Part shown: positions 18,141-27,641 of the stretch, one piece after another
Position numbering within the stretch: position 1 is the stretch's first letter
Layout of the letters: every line of letters starts with the position of its first letter
Virus record (IMG/VR): IMGVR_UViG_3300015371_000010
Coordinates: 18,688 to 82,687 of that record
Direction: 5' to 3' (one strand)
Length of the DNA: 64,000 bases
Source: a virus
Made by a program: the position numbers and the translations under genes
The notes under the pieces: model-generated
Told to the model about the DNA's origin: nothing
Database searches by the model: none
What the model saw: only the letters and a program-made list of their open reading frames with translations

Positions 18141-19487
18141 ATGCCCACCTTCGACTCACAGGTGAAGTTCACCAAGATCCCCACCGTGGATCTGGTGGCA
18201 CCGCAGGCGGCCGCAGCCTCGCCACCGGCCTCGCCCATCGCGGGCCAGCTCTGGTACGACACCACCAACAACCAGCTCAAGGTCTGCACCAACGCCACCG
18301 GACCGGTCTGGACCCAGTGCGACAACGCTGCGGTCGCCAACCTCACCGACGGGGACAAGGGCGACATCACCATCTCCTCGGGCATCTGGACCATCGACAA
18401 CCTGGTGGTCACCGCGGCCAAGATCGCCAATGCCACGATCACCGACACCCAGATCGCCGCCGGCAACAAGGACGGCACCACTGCCGTGCCGTCGATGCGC
18501 ACCCTGGGGTTCAGCGGCAACTCGGCCATGCCCGGCACCGCCTCCCTCAACCAGCTGGCCTCGCCCACCGCGCTGATCAACATGAACGGGCAGCGGCTGA
18601 CCCAGCTGGGCGCTTCGGCGGCCGGCACGGACGCGGTCAACCGCAACGAGCTGGACGCGGTGGCTGCCGGCTTGGACTCCAAGGGCAGTGTGCGAGTGGC
18701 CACCACCGCGAACATCACCCTGTCCGGCACGCAGACCATCGATACCGTGGCTGTAGTGGTTGGCGACCGGGTGCTGGTGATGAACCAGAGCACCGCGGCG
18801 AACAACGGCATCTACGTGGTCGCCTCGGGCGCGTGGACCAGGGCCACCGACATGGACAGCTGGATCGAGGTGCCCGGGGCCTACACCTTCGTCGAGGACG
18901 GCTCGGCCAACATCAACAACGGCTACGTGTGCACCTCCAAGGCCGGCGGCACCCTGGGCACCACCGCGATCACCTGGACCCAGTTCTCCGGGGCCGGTCA
19001 GATCACCGACGGCATCGGACTGCTGAAGACCGGGAACACCCTGGATGTCCGGCTGGACAACACCACCATCGAGGCGCCCTCGGACATCCTGCAGGTCAAG
19101 GCGGGCGGGATCGGTGGCACTCAGCTGGCCACGGGTGCGGTGGACCTGACCACCGCCAAGGTCGCCGGCATCCTGCCCCCGGCCAAGGGCGGAACCGGTG
19201 CCGATGCCACCACCGCGGCCGGTCAGCTCAGCGTTCGGCAGAACCTGGGCGTGATGGGTCAGTACGCCACCCTGTCGCCCTCGTTGACCGCCGGGGTCTG
19301 GGCCACCATCACTCACAACATGCAGTCCCGAGCTCGGCACGTCTCCTTCGAGGAGGTGTCCTCTGGTGAGGGCCGGCTCCTGGACTGGCGGGTGAACTCC
19401 ACCAACCCGCTCACCCAGATCGACATCCGCTGTGACGTGCCCGGGGGCCGGGCGGCCAGCTACTACAACGTGAACGTTGGCTGTTGA
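18141..19487 (+). CDS. Fibre/decoration protein
   Basis: AGQLWYDTT; TDAVN; SVRVATTANITLSGTQTID..GDRVLV.NQ...NGIY repeat. Confidence 0.8.
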   Translation: MPTFDSQVKFTKIPTVDLVAPQAAAASPPASPIAGQLWYDTTNNQLKVCTNATGPVWTQCDNAAVANLTDGDKGDITISSGIWTIDNLVVTAAKIANATITDTQIAAGNKDGTTAVPSMRTLGFSGNSAMPGTASLNQLASPTALINMNGQRLTQLGASAAGTDAVNRNELDAVAAGLDSKGSVRVATTANITLSGTQTIDTVAVVVGDRVLVMNQSTAANNGIYVVASGAWTRATDMDSWIEVPGAYTFVEDGSANINNGYVCTSKAGGTLGTTAITWTQFSGAGQITDGIGLLKTGNTLDVRLDNTTIEAPSDILQVKAGGIGGTQLATGAVDLTTAKVAGILPPAKGGTGADATTAAGQLSVRQNLGVMGQYATLSPSLTAGVWATITHNMQSRARHVSFEEVSSGEGRLLDWRVNSTNPLTQIDIRCDVPGGRAASYYNVNVGC

Positions 19488-21172
19488 TGCCAGGACTCGA
19501 CGCGCCACTGGACATGGCCCAGCTGGGTTCCCCGACCAGAACCCCGACGACCGGGCGGACCTTCCTCTATCCCCGGGCCGACGGGCTGATGTGGGTGAAG
19601 ACGCCGTCCTCGGAGTATGCCCTTCAGGTGGCCCAGCAGGCGGTCTCGCTGATCGCCAACGGGGACATGGAGATAGCCAAGGCCGGCACCCCACCGGTCG
19701 AGCCCTTGGCCTGGAGCGGCTTCTGGCACTCAGGCACCACCTCGGTGGCTCAGGACACCACCGTGTACGCCGGCGGGCTGGCCTCGCTCAAGGCCACCAT
19801 CTCGGCAACCGCTGGTGACAACGTGGTCTGTCAGTCCGATGTGTTCCCGGTCCAGGGCGGCAGCACGCTGCTGCTGGACTACGACATGAAGGGCGAGGTG
19901 GGCGCTCAGTTCACCTGCGAGCTGCAGACCTCGGCGGATGCCAGCAACGGCGCGCCGAACTTCTTCGCCACCGGCACCTATGTGACCGGTGGTGCGCCGG
20001 TGGTGTTCTCCAACACCAACTGGACTCATGCCACCCGCGCGCTGGCCATCCCGGCCAACCACACCCTGGCCCGGATCAACTTCCGACTCGGTCACGTCGG
20101 CTCGGACGCAGCGGCTCACACCGGCTACATCGACAACGTGGTGGCCAGGATGGATGCCACCGCGGCTCCTAAGGCGAACTGGCCGCTGGTGGAGTGCCGG
20201 CTGGTCTCCACCACCAACATCACCCTGTCCGGAAACCAGAGCATCGACTCCTTCACCACCGCGGCCGGGGACCGGATCCTGGTGGCCGGACAGACCACGG
20301 CCGCCGACAACGGCATCTACCTGGCCGACGCCGCGGCCTGGATCCGCGCCGGCGATGCAGACACCGCGGCCGAGCTGGCCGGGGCGATGGTGGCCATCCA
20401 GGCCGGCTCGGTCAACGGCGGCACCAGGTGGGGCACCAGCTTCCGGGCCACCGACGTGGTGGGCAGCACCGCGATGAACTGGGCCAACCTCAGCGTGGAG
20501 ACGCTGGAGTGGCAGATGCTGTTCCTGAACGCGAACTACACGGGCACCACTGGCGGCGGGATCATGCCGTTCAAGACGGTGAGCGGTACCGGCGGCGGGA
20601 TGACCGTGGACTCCTTCGGCCGGCATGTGGTGGCCAAGGCCGGGGTCTACCACGTGGCGGTCCAGTTCGAGTTCACCAACGCCGGCTCCGGGTACGCCAT
20701 CGAGCGGATGAACCTGATCCGGGGCGGGACCGCGATCAAGGTGGTGGAGACCGTGGAGTCCGGTGCCGGCTGGCACTCCGGGGTGGTCTTCGCCGACTGG
20801 GACTGCCAGGCCGGGGACATCTTCGAGGCGTTCGTGGCCTGTCAGACGGCGGGCCAGGTGCAGTTCGAGAACACCCGGAACCAGTTCATCGCGCATCGGT
20901 TGGCCACCGCGGCCCCGGCCGGTGCCGGAGGCGGGGGCGGCGCGGCGGGGCAGACGGTGGCCTCGCCGGCGATGGCCACGGCTGGGACCTGGTACTCGGT
21001 CTCCCACACCCTGGGCGTGCAGGTGCGCGAGGTGACCGCGGTGGACTCCTCGGGGGAGACCAGGCTGGTCGACTGGCGGCCCACCAGCGGGTCCATCGCC
21101 TCCTCGATCGACGTGCGCAGTGGGCTGGGCTCGCTGGCCGCCGGCTACTACAACCTGTATCTGGAGGGCTGA
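19487..21172 (+). CDS. Fibre protein (CBM-like, fibre repeat, C1q-like domains)
   Basis: LIANGDME; second copy of the TNITLSG..ID...GDRILV.GQ...NGIY repeat; AGVYHV. Confidence 0.8.
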   Translation: MPGLDAPLDMAQLGSPTRTPTTGRTFLYPRADGLMWVKTPSSEYALQVAQQAVSLIANGDMEIAKAGTPPVEPLAWSGFWHSGTTSVAQDTTVYAGGLASLKATISATAGDNVVCQSDVFPVQGGSTLLLDYDMKGEVGAQFTCELQTSADASNGAPNFFATGTYVTGGAPVVFSNTNWTHATRALAIPANHTLARINFRLGHVGSDAAAHTGYIDNVVARMDATAAPKANWPLVECRLVSTTNITLSGNQSIDSFTTAAGDRILVAGQTTAADNGIYLADAAAWIRAGDADTAAELAGAMVAIQAGSVNGGTRWGTSFRATDVVGSTAMNWANLSVETLEWQMLFLNANYTGTTGGGIMPFKTVSGTGGGMTVDSFGRHVVAKAGVYHVAVQFEFTNAGSGYAIERMNLIRGGTAIKVVETVESGAGWHSGVVFADWDCQAGDIFEAFVACQTAGQVQFENTRNQFIAHRLATAAPAGAGGGGGAAGQTVASPAMATAGTWYSVSHTLGVQVREVTAVDSSGETRLVDWRPTSGSIASSIDVRSGLGSLAAGYYNLYLEG

Positions 21173-22506
21173 TGCCCGGTTACGACGCGCCCCTGGACCT
21201 GGCCGAGATCCCGACTCCGAGTTGGAACCCGGCAACGGGCCGGAACCAGCTCTACACCAAGACCGACGACGTGTTGTACCGGAAGAACTCGGCCGGCATC
21301 GAGACCCCGATCGGGCTGGGCCAGCCGGGCTACGAGGTACGGGGCGGCTGCAACATCCCGTTGAACTCTACGGGTGCAACCACCGGCTGGCTCCAGATCA
21401 CAGGTACGCCCACGACGATCACCGTCGACCCATTGATGGGCGGAATGGCGCTGGGCAGCAACGGGCTCACCGTGCCAGTGACCGGCTACTACCTCGTCAC
21501 CGGGATCGCCTCGTTCAACACCGGCTCCTCGGCCACCGGGCGCAAAGGTGTCGGGGTCGGGATCAACGGGGCGCTTCCCACGAACGCGCAGCTCGTGGAC
21601 ACCAACGCCAACAACGCCTCGGGGAATCTACCGGTCTCATACTGCCTGGCGCTGAATGCCGGGGACACTCTTGGGGTCTGGCGCTACATCGACGCAGCGA
21701 ACATCTTCAACGGGGTCACCGGTGTCCTCCAAGCGGTGCTGCTCTCCGGTGGGAGCAGCGCTCCGGCGGCGGCTGGGTTCCGGGGACCGGGCCAGACCCT
21801 CTCCAATGCGGCGGTTGCCGCTGTGGACCTTTCCGCTACGCCGGACCACAACATCGGTGGGGTGTTCTCCGTCGCCGGGAGTGTGGTCACGGTGGCGCGG
21901 GCCGGGGTCTACGCCTTCTCCGCCAACGTCACCTTCGACGCGGTGGGGGCGGGCGGTCGGCGGCTGCTGACTCTGGAGACGTGGACTGGTGCCGATCCCG
22001 GAGTCAGCCTTGCCACCCAATTGGGTCGTGCAGAGATAGCCGCCTCATCGGCCTCCTACTTCAGCGCCGTCGTCGCCGATCAGGCCAACCTCGCGGCGGG
22101 GGCGAAACTGCGGTTGGCGGCCTATCAGATCAGCGGCGGGACCATGAGCATCCTCCCCGCCTCGAACCTCGCGCCGAGGCTCAACGTCCACCAGGTGCCG
22201 ACCGCGCTGTTCTCTGCCCCGGACATCCCCTGGACCTCGCTGACGCCCACCGCGAACATGACCGGGACCATCCAGTACACCCGTAGGTCGGGCAACGTCT
22301 ACGTGGAGATGGCGGGCAGCAAGTCCGGCACGTCCGGTGCCATCCTGGCCACCCTCCCGCCCGGCTGCTGGCCGGCAGTGCAGGTGATCCGCCCTGCCGT
22401 GCAGGCGGGGGGAGTGCAGTCCGGGGTCTTCGTGGACACCGTCGGCAACATCAAGTCCGACTATGGCACCGGTGCCTACGGCGGCTTCTCGTTCCCGGCG
22501 GCCTGA
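21172..22506 (+). CDS. Distal fibre / receptor-binding protein
   Basis: TGATG overlap; two C1q-like domains (VPVTGYY, ARAGVY); C-terminal YTRRSGNVY...ATLPPGCWP. Confidence 0.75.
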   Translation: MPGYDAPLDLAEIPTPSWNPATGRNQLYTKTDDVLYRKNSAGIETPIGLGQPGYEVRGGCNIPLNSTGATTGWLQITGTPTTITVDPLMGGMALGSNGLTVPVTGYYLVTGIASFNTGSSATGRKGVGVGINGALPTNAQLVDTNANNASGNLPVSYCLALNAGDTLGVWRYIDAANIFNGVTGVLQAVLLSGGSSAPAAAGFRGPGQTLSNAAVAAVDLSATPDHNIGGVFSVAGSVVTVARAGVYAFSANVTFDAVGAGGRRLLTLETWTGADPGVSLATQLGRAEIAASSASYFSAVVADQANLAAGAKLRLAAYQISGGTMSILPASNLAPRLNVHQVPTALFSAPDIPWTSLTPTANMTGTIQYTRRSGNVYVEMAGSKSGTSGAILATLPPGCWPAVQVIRPAVQAGGVQSGVFVDTVGNIKSDYGTGAYGGFSFPAA

Positions 22507-22567
22507 GAGGAGACGATATGAGCTATCTGACCCAGAGTGCCATTGCGGCGGACAACTAGGAGGAGTC

Positions 22568-22840
22568 ATGAAGCTCGACGGAGACATCATCAAGAACGAG
22601 CCGGTGCTGATCACCGGATTCGTGGAGGCCGTGCTGGTGCTGCTGCTGGCCTTCGGTGTGGACCTGGACAACGACAAGATCGCCGCGATCATGGCGGTGG
22701 TCACCATCGGCCTGGCCATCCTGGCGCGGAAGTTCACCACGCCCACCAACAAGGTCACCCCGCAGCCGGAGGCTGAGGACAAGCCGATGTTCCCCGAGGA
22801 GCCGCCCCCAGCGCCGCCGCCAGTGCCGCCGAGCGTCTAG
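22568..22840 (+). CDS. Holin
   Basis: GGAGGAG RBS; EPVLI + two TM helices + ARKFTTP, like actinophage holins. Confidence 0.7.
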   Translation: MKLDGDIIKNEPVLITGFVEAVLVLLLAFGVDLDNDKIAAIMAVVTIGLAILARKFTTPTNKVTPQPEAEDKPMFPEEPPPAPPPVPPSV

Positions 22841-22874
22841 CCAGCGATGAGACCATCTGAACAAGGAGGCAGCC

Positions 22875-23201
22875 ATGCCAGGAACCACCCCCGCCCAGGG
22901 CTTTCGCGTCCCGGTGGCCGGCGATGACCCCGATGTCGTAGACGACATGACCCAGCTCGCCAAGATGATCGAGAAGCGGGTGATCGGGGTCTACGCCAAT
23001 GCATCCGCGCGAGACACCGCGACCGCAGCGGCCGGGCTGGAGGAGGGCATGTTCGCCTTCACCAGGGACAACAACCAGGTCTACTACTTCGATGGTGCGA
23101 CCTGGCAGGCCTGGCCGGCGATCCCGCCGGCGATCACCTCGGGCACCTCGGTCCCGCCGAACTCCAGCGGCAACAACGGCGACGTGTTCTTCCAGGTGTA
23201 G
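22875..23201 (+). CDS. Small fibre-anchor structural protein
   Basis: YANASARD...EGMFAF..D...YYFDGATW; ITSGTSVP...GNNGDVFFQ. Confidence 0.65.
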   Translation: MPGTTPAQGFRVPVAGDDPDVVDDMTQLAKMIEKRVIGVYANASARDTATAAAGLEEGMFAFTRDNNQVYYFDGATWQAWPAIPPAITSGTSVPPNSSGNNGDVFFQV

Positions 23202-23203
23202 TA

Positions 23204-24307
23204 GTGGCGCTCTACCAGAAGGTCGACGACGAGTGGGTGCTCTGCCAGCGCCCCTACGTCAAGTACTCCGGGATCTGGACCGCCTGCACCAACGCCTACG
23301 TGAAGCGGTCCGGAGTCTGGGTCAAGGCCTACTCCTACGACACCACGCCTCCGGTCAAGCCCGAGGTCGGGCTGATCCTGGTCGAGGACTTCGACACCGT
23401 CGGTGGCAAGAAGACCCTGAAGACCCGCTACATCCGGGTCGGGGTGCGGATGCCGCTCGCGGCCCACGACCCCACGGTGCCGATGATCCGGGTGCTCACC
23501 GACTACGGCGGTCAGGCGCCGACCACGCCGTTCGGTGGCACCTACACCTCGCAGACCGACAGCAGCTACCCCTACGAGCCCTGGAGCGACTGGACCTACG
23601 GGGCTGGTCGGCACGGAGACAACTCCAAGCTGATCTACAAGCAGTGGCCGCGGAACGCCACCGACGGCACCCAGCTCAAGGGCGACACCAACTACCACTT
23701 CGGGGCCTGGGCGGTGGACCAGAACGGAAACTGGTCGCTGGCCACCCAGGCTCAGCTGAACATCCCCAAGGGCGGGGTGGATGAGCCCCGGGTGCTCAAG
23801 CGCGAGGTCGGCTTCCTGCCCAACGCCACCGGCTCCTGGAAGCGGAACGAGTGGGCGGCTGGTCGGCTGATCCAGCAGAAGTCCCCGCGCTCGATGGGGC
23901 TGTGGATGTACGGCCGGCAGTTCCCGGACAACTTCAGCACCAAGTCCCGGATCACCTCGGCCCAGGTCTACATCTACCGGCACAACGACTCGGGTGCGGC
24001 CAACGCCAACATCTACATGTTCTGGCACGCCTACAAGAACACCGCCGACTTGCCGGCCACCGGCGGCGCGATCGTGCGCAACCAGACCCAGAAGCTGGGC
24101 CAGCTGGCCAAGGGCCAGGGCAAGTGGTTCGACCTGCCCGGCCAGTTCCGGGACGACATCAAGGACGGCTCGGCCAAGGGGTTCGGGCTGGACTGGAAGG
24201 ACCCGGCCAAGGCCGACGCCAACGCCAACGACTACTCCCTGGTGGCCACTACCGCCGAGGTCCCGCGGTGCGGCGAGATCCACATCATCTGGGAAGAGGA
24301 CGTGTAG
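23204..24307 (+). CDS. Minor tail protein
   Basis: N-terminal YxKxxGxW repeats; C-terminal GLWMYG...ITSAQVYIYR...GQGKWFDLP domain. Confidence 0.7.
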   Translation: MALYQKVDDEWVLCQRPYVKYSGIWTACTNAYVKRSGVWVKAYSYDTTPPVKPEVGLILVEDFDTVGGKKTLKTRYIRVGVRMPLAAHDPTVPMIRVLTDYGGQAPTTPFGGTYTSQTDSSYPYEPWSDWTYGAGRHGDNSKLIYKQWPRNATDGTQLKGDTNYHFGAWAVDQNGNWSLATQAQLNIPKGGVDEPRVLKREVGFLPNATGSWKRNEWAAGRLIQQKSPRSMGLWMYGRQFPDNFSTKSRITSAQVYIYRHNDSGAANANIYMFWHAYKNTADLPATGGAIVRNQTQKLGQLAKGQGKWFDLPGQFRDDIKDGSAKGFGLDWKDPAKADANANDYSLVATTAEVPRCGEIHIIWEEDV

Positions 24308-24349
24308 TTCGGGCACCGTACGACTAGGCAACTAGGGAAGGATGAAGAC

Positions 24350-24676
24350 ATGACCGCCAATCCGTATGAGCACGAGACCTCCGACTCCGACATCGAGATG
24401 GATGAGGGTGGCAGCGGCATCAAGGGGCAGATCGTGTACCCCGACCGTGAGGTGGACGCCGAGCAGGCGGGCCGGTTTGCGGCCATGAAGGAGGACGCGC
24501 TCAACCCGGACCGCCCGGATCAGAGCGGCTGGCAGAACCCGGCCGACCGGCCTGGTGAGGTGGAGGACGCCGAGGGCGCCGCCGAGGGCAAGCCCGGCGA
24601 CGAGACCGGTGAAGAGACCGAGCCCGAGGGTGTTGGCGGCAATCCCTACGGCGACGGCAGCGACACGGAGGAGTAA
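24350..24676 (+). CDS. Highly acidic, probably disordered protein
   Basis: D/E/G/P-rich; TAATG overlap with the endolysin. Confidence 0.6.
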   Translation: MTANPYEHETSDSDIEMDEGGSGIKGQIVYPDREVDAEQAGRFAAMKEDALNPDRPDQSGWQNPADRPGEVEDAEGAAEGKPGDETGEETEPEGVGGNPYGDGSDTEE

Positions 24677-25086
24677 TGGCATATCGCGCCAGCGTGTGCG
24701 CACGCAATGCAGAGAACGACCGGCACAACGCCCCGGGCTACTGCCTACAGCAGGTGCGCACCTGGTGCGGTATCCCAGCCAGGTACGGGACCGCAGCCCT
24801 GGCCTGGGCCAACACCAATGACCGGCACACCGATCGGCGCCCTCCGCGTGGTGCCCCGGTGTTCTGGACCGGGGGCTCTCGGAGCTATGGCCATATCGCG
24901 CTGAGCCTGGGAGACCGGAATAAGGACGGCACCTTCATGGTGCGCTCCACCGACGTGAACGGCTATGGCGGAGTCGGCACGGTGGACCTGGGCTGGATCG
25001 AGCGGAACTGGCACCTGAAGTACGTCGGCTGGTCCTGGGACCTCAATGAGGTCCGAATCCCGCACTCCAAGGGCAAGAACCGCTAG
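24676..25086 (+). CDS. Endolysin, CHAP/NlpC-type amidase (catalytic domain only)
   Basis: GYCLQQVR (Cys), PPRGAPVFWTGG..YGHIALS (His), RSTD, YVGW. Confidence 0.8.
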   Translation: MAYRASVCARNAENDRHNAPGYCLQQVRTWCGIPARYGTAALAWANTNDRHTDRRPPRGAPVFWTGGSRSYGHIALSLGDRNKDGTFMVRSTDVNGYGGVGTVDLGWIERNWHLKYVGWSWDLNEVRIPHSKGKNR

Positions 25087-25108
25087 ATGTAGTGGATAGG
25101 ATGGAGTC

Positions 25109-25426
25109 ATGGTCAGCGCCTGCATGATCACCGGCTCCTTCACCACTTCGCAGGGACGACCGGTCCAGGGCCTGGTCCGGTTCATACCCAGCAGGCTCTG
25201 GGTGGTGGTAGACAACATCACCTGGGCCTGTCTGGCGCCCACGATCCAGACCGGCAGGGACGGCAGCTTCACTGCCTGGGTCACGGCCACCGACAACGAT
25301 GCGGTGCCCTGGACCTACCAGGTGGAGACACCAGCCGGCATCTGGACCACCTACATCCCCTGGATCGCCTCCGGCTACGCGCTGCCTGACCTGTTGCACG
25401 GCCATGGAGTAGAACACTCCACATGA
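25109..25426 (+). CDS. Small beta-sandwich virion protein
   Basis: G.PVQGLVRFIPS...DGSF...ATD....WTYQV, resembling the N-terminal domain of actinophage minor tail proteins. Confidence 0.55.
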   Translation: MVSACMITGSFTTSQGRPVQGLVRFIPSRLWVVVDNITWACLAPTIQTGRDGSFTAWVTATDNDAVPWTYQVETPAGIWTTYIPWIASGYALPDLLHGHGVEHST

Positions 25427-26925
25427 CGCTGATGCTGGGTCGGGCCCCCAGGACCGATGATGAGCTGTACGAGCTGGTCAAGGTCATGTGGGGGATCACC
25501 ATCCCCCGGCACAAGGTGTGCGGCGAGCACGATGCCCCCTTCGACGCCTTCGCCTGCGCCTACTTCAACCGCGAGCCGCAGATCCTGATCCACGGCTCTC
25601 GTGGTCTGTCCGGGAAGTCCCGGCTGCTCTCCATCCTGGGCATCACCATGGCCGCGGTGAAGGGCTCGGACGTGAACATCGTCGGTGGCTCGCTGAACCA
25701 GTCGATCAACATCCACAACACCATCCGCGATGCCTGGGAGTCCGAGCACGCCCCGAACTACCTGGTCCGCGAGGAGAGCGCCACCAAGATCCGGCTGTTC
25801 AACAAGGCCGTGATCATGCCGCTGACCGCCAGCCAGAAGACCGTGCGTGGCCCGCACCCACCGACCCTGTTGCTGGATGAGATCGACGAGATGGACCAGG
25901 CCATCTTCGATGCGGCCAAGGGCCAGCCGATGCCGCAGCAGAACTGGCGCGGGGAGATCGTCCGGCCGCAGACCGCGATGAGCTCGACCTGGCAGTACCC
26001 GGACAAGACCTTCGCGCACGAGTACCAGCGCTTCCAGGAGGAGGGGCTGCCGATCTTCACCTGGTGCTACCGGGACACCTCCAACCCGATCGATGGCTGG
26101 CTGGACCAGGAGACCATCGACCAGAAGAAGCGCGAGATCCCGACCGAGATGTGGCGGGTGGAGTACGACCTGGGTGAGCCCTCGATCGGCAACCGTGCCA
26201 TCGACTCCCAGGCGGTGGAGGAGATGTTCTCACTGCCCACCGACACCATCCACGAGTCGGTGCAGAAGGAGCGCCAGGAGTACCGGTTCGAGAACCCGAA
26301 CTCCTCCGCGGAGTACGTGATCAGTGCGGACTGGGCTCAGGCCCAGGACTGGACGGTGATCACGGTGACCGATGTGAGCTTCTTCCCGGTCCGGGTGGTG
26401 CACTGGCTGCGGATGCGCCGGCACCCCTACCCAGTGATGATCGGGCACTTCAACCGGCTGATGAAGGAGTACAACGCCGAGGGCATCCACGATGCCACTG
26501 GGCTCGGAGCCGTGGTCGCGGACTACGTGGACCGGCGGGCCCGGGGCTTCCTGATGACCGGTGCCCAGCGGGACAACATGCTCAGCGAGTACATCTCCGC
26601 GGTGGAGAACGGGAAGTGGCGCGCCCCTCGGATCCCGGTCTTCTACAAGTCCCACCTGTATGCCTCGGTGGAGATGATCTACGCGCGCGGCAAGGAGTTC
26701 CACCTGCCCGACGAGATCTGCTCGATGGCGCTGGGCTGGCGGCTGGTCTCCAAGCGGGCCATCCCGGCCCAGCCGATCATGGTGCCCGGTGACCACGGCC
26801 CGACCTGGATCGAGAAGGAGATGCAGGAGAACCGGGACGCCAAGCGGAAGCCAGGTCCCTGGGTGGTCGGCTCGGTGCAGAACAAGTCCGATGAGGTGCC
26901 CGAGGAGTTCGACCTGATGGTCTGA
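25423..26925 (+). CDS. terL: Terminase large subunit
   Basis: GSRGLSGKS Walker A, VRGPHP..LLLDE Walker B, nuclease ADWAQAQDWTV, DATGLG, PDEICSMALG. Confidence 0.9.
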   Translation: MTLMLGRAPRTDDELYELVKVMWGITIPRHKVCGEHDAPFDAFACAYFNREPQILIHGSRGLSGKSRLLSILGITMAAVKGSDVNIVGGSLNQSINIHNTIRDAWESEHAPNYLVREESATKIRLFNKAVIMPLTASQKTVRGPHPPTLLLDEIDEMDQAIFDAAKGQPMPQQNWRGEIVRPQTAMSSTWQYPDKTFAHEYQRFQEEGLPIFTWCYRDTSNPIDGWLDQETIDQKKREIPTEMWRVEYDLGEPSIGNRAIDSQAVEEMFSLPTDTIHESVQKERQEYRFENPNSSAEYVISADWAQAQDWTVITVTDVSFFPVRVVHWLRMRRHPYPVMIGHFNRLMKEYNAEGIHDATGLGAVVADYVDRRARGFLMTGAQRDNMLSEYISAVENGKWRAPRIPVFYKSHLYASVEMIYARGKEFHLPDEICSMALGWRLVSKRAIPAQPIMVPGDHGPTWIEKEMQENRDAKRKPGPWVVGSVQNKSDEVPEEFDLMV

Positions 26926-26979
26926 ACATGAGACAGCCCCTGATGCCTCGGGTACACCAGGGGCTGGGTCTCGTGGAGC

Positions 26980-27588
26980 TCAGGACTCGGGCGAGACGAA
27001 CTGGCCGGTGTCCGGGTCGCGCGGCAGGTCGCCGGGCAGGGTGTTGTCCGGGTGCGGGTCGTCCGGGTTGGACGGCAGGTCGCCGGGCAGGGTGTTGTCC
27101 GGGTGCGGCTGGGAGTCGTCGGGCTCGGTGGCTCCGCTGTCCTGGCCATCGTCCGGCTCGGGCGGCTCCTCGGTGCTGCCGTCCGGCGGAGGCTCTTCGG
27201 AGCCGGTGTCGCCACCAGTGTCGGGCTCGACCGGGGTCTCCGGGTTTGCACCGATCTGGTTGAGCTCGTCGATCTGCTCGTTGATCGCGTCTGCGGCCTG
27301 GCTGGCCTGGTCAAGGGCCTCCTGGAGCTGCTGCTGCATCGCAGCGTCGTCGAGCTCCTCGTCGGCCAGGGCCTGGTTGGCGGCGTCCAGAGCCTCCTGG
27401 AGCTCCTGAACCTTGCCGGCGAACCGGGCGTTGATGTCGTCCACGGCGGACTGAAGGTCTGCCACCGACTTGCTGAGATCTGCCATGCGCTTCTCCATCT
27501 GGTCGAGAGTGTCAATGATGTAGAACAGCAGCTGTCGATCCGACAGGCCACTCAGGGGAACGAGCACCCTGGTCTCGGGGTCAGCCAT
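26980..27588 (-). CDS. Acidic coiled-coil protein with Pro/Asp-rich repeats
   Basis: Own codon bias on the minus strand; TAAGTT-6 nt-ATG leaderless signal; fills the terL-portal gap. Confidence 0.7.
   Translation of the reverse strand: MADPETRVLVPLSGLSDRQLLFYIIDTLDQMEKRMADLSKSVADLQSAVDDINARFAGKVQELQEALDAANQALADEELDDAAMQQQLQEALDQASQAADAINEQIDELNQIGANPETPVEPDTGGDTGSEEPPPDGSTEEPPEPDDGQDSGATEPDDSQPHPDNTLPGDLPSNPDDPHPDNTLPGDLPRDPDTGQFVSPES
27022..27108. repeat. 36-nt direct repeat, two copies (encodes PHPDNTLPGDLP)
   Basis: CGGCAGGTCGCCGGGCAGGGTGTTGTCCGGGTGCGG at 27022-27057 and 27073-27108. Confidence 0.9.
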
Positions 27589-27641
27589 AGCCTCAACTTA
27601 GTCAGTCTGTCTAGGCGTGACATCGCTGCGACGATGGGGGC

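Noticed and set aside
20194-21171. 770-aa ORF start at 20194, and similar upstream extensions at 16410, 39669, 40729, 41397, 42636, 50431 and 51497
   Set aside because: The extensions overlap real genes in another frame and read as Arg/Gly-rich noise; the true starts are at the stop/start overlaps.
13323-24307. Diversity-generating retroelement acting on fibre genes
   Set aside because: No reverse transcriptase and no near-identical TR/VR pair differing at adenines; the similarities are diverged protein-level paralogy.
554-26925. Inteins or introns in DnaB, DnaE or TerL
   Set aside because: The lengths are normal or short, and I saw no intein splice-junction or LAGLIDADG motifs.
27022-27108. 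36-nt direct repeats as a mini CRISPR array
   Set aside because: Only two copies with a 15-nt gap, in frame inside a coding sequence, so this is a peptide repeat.
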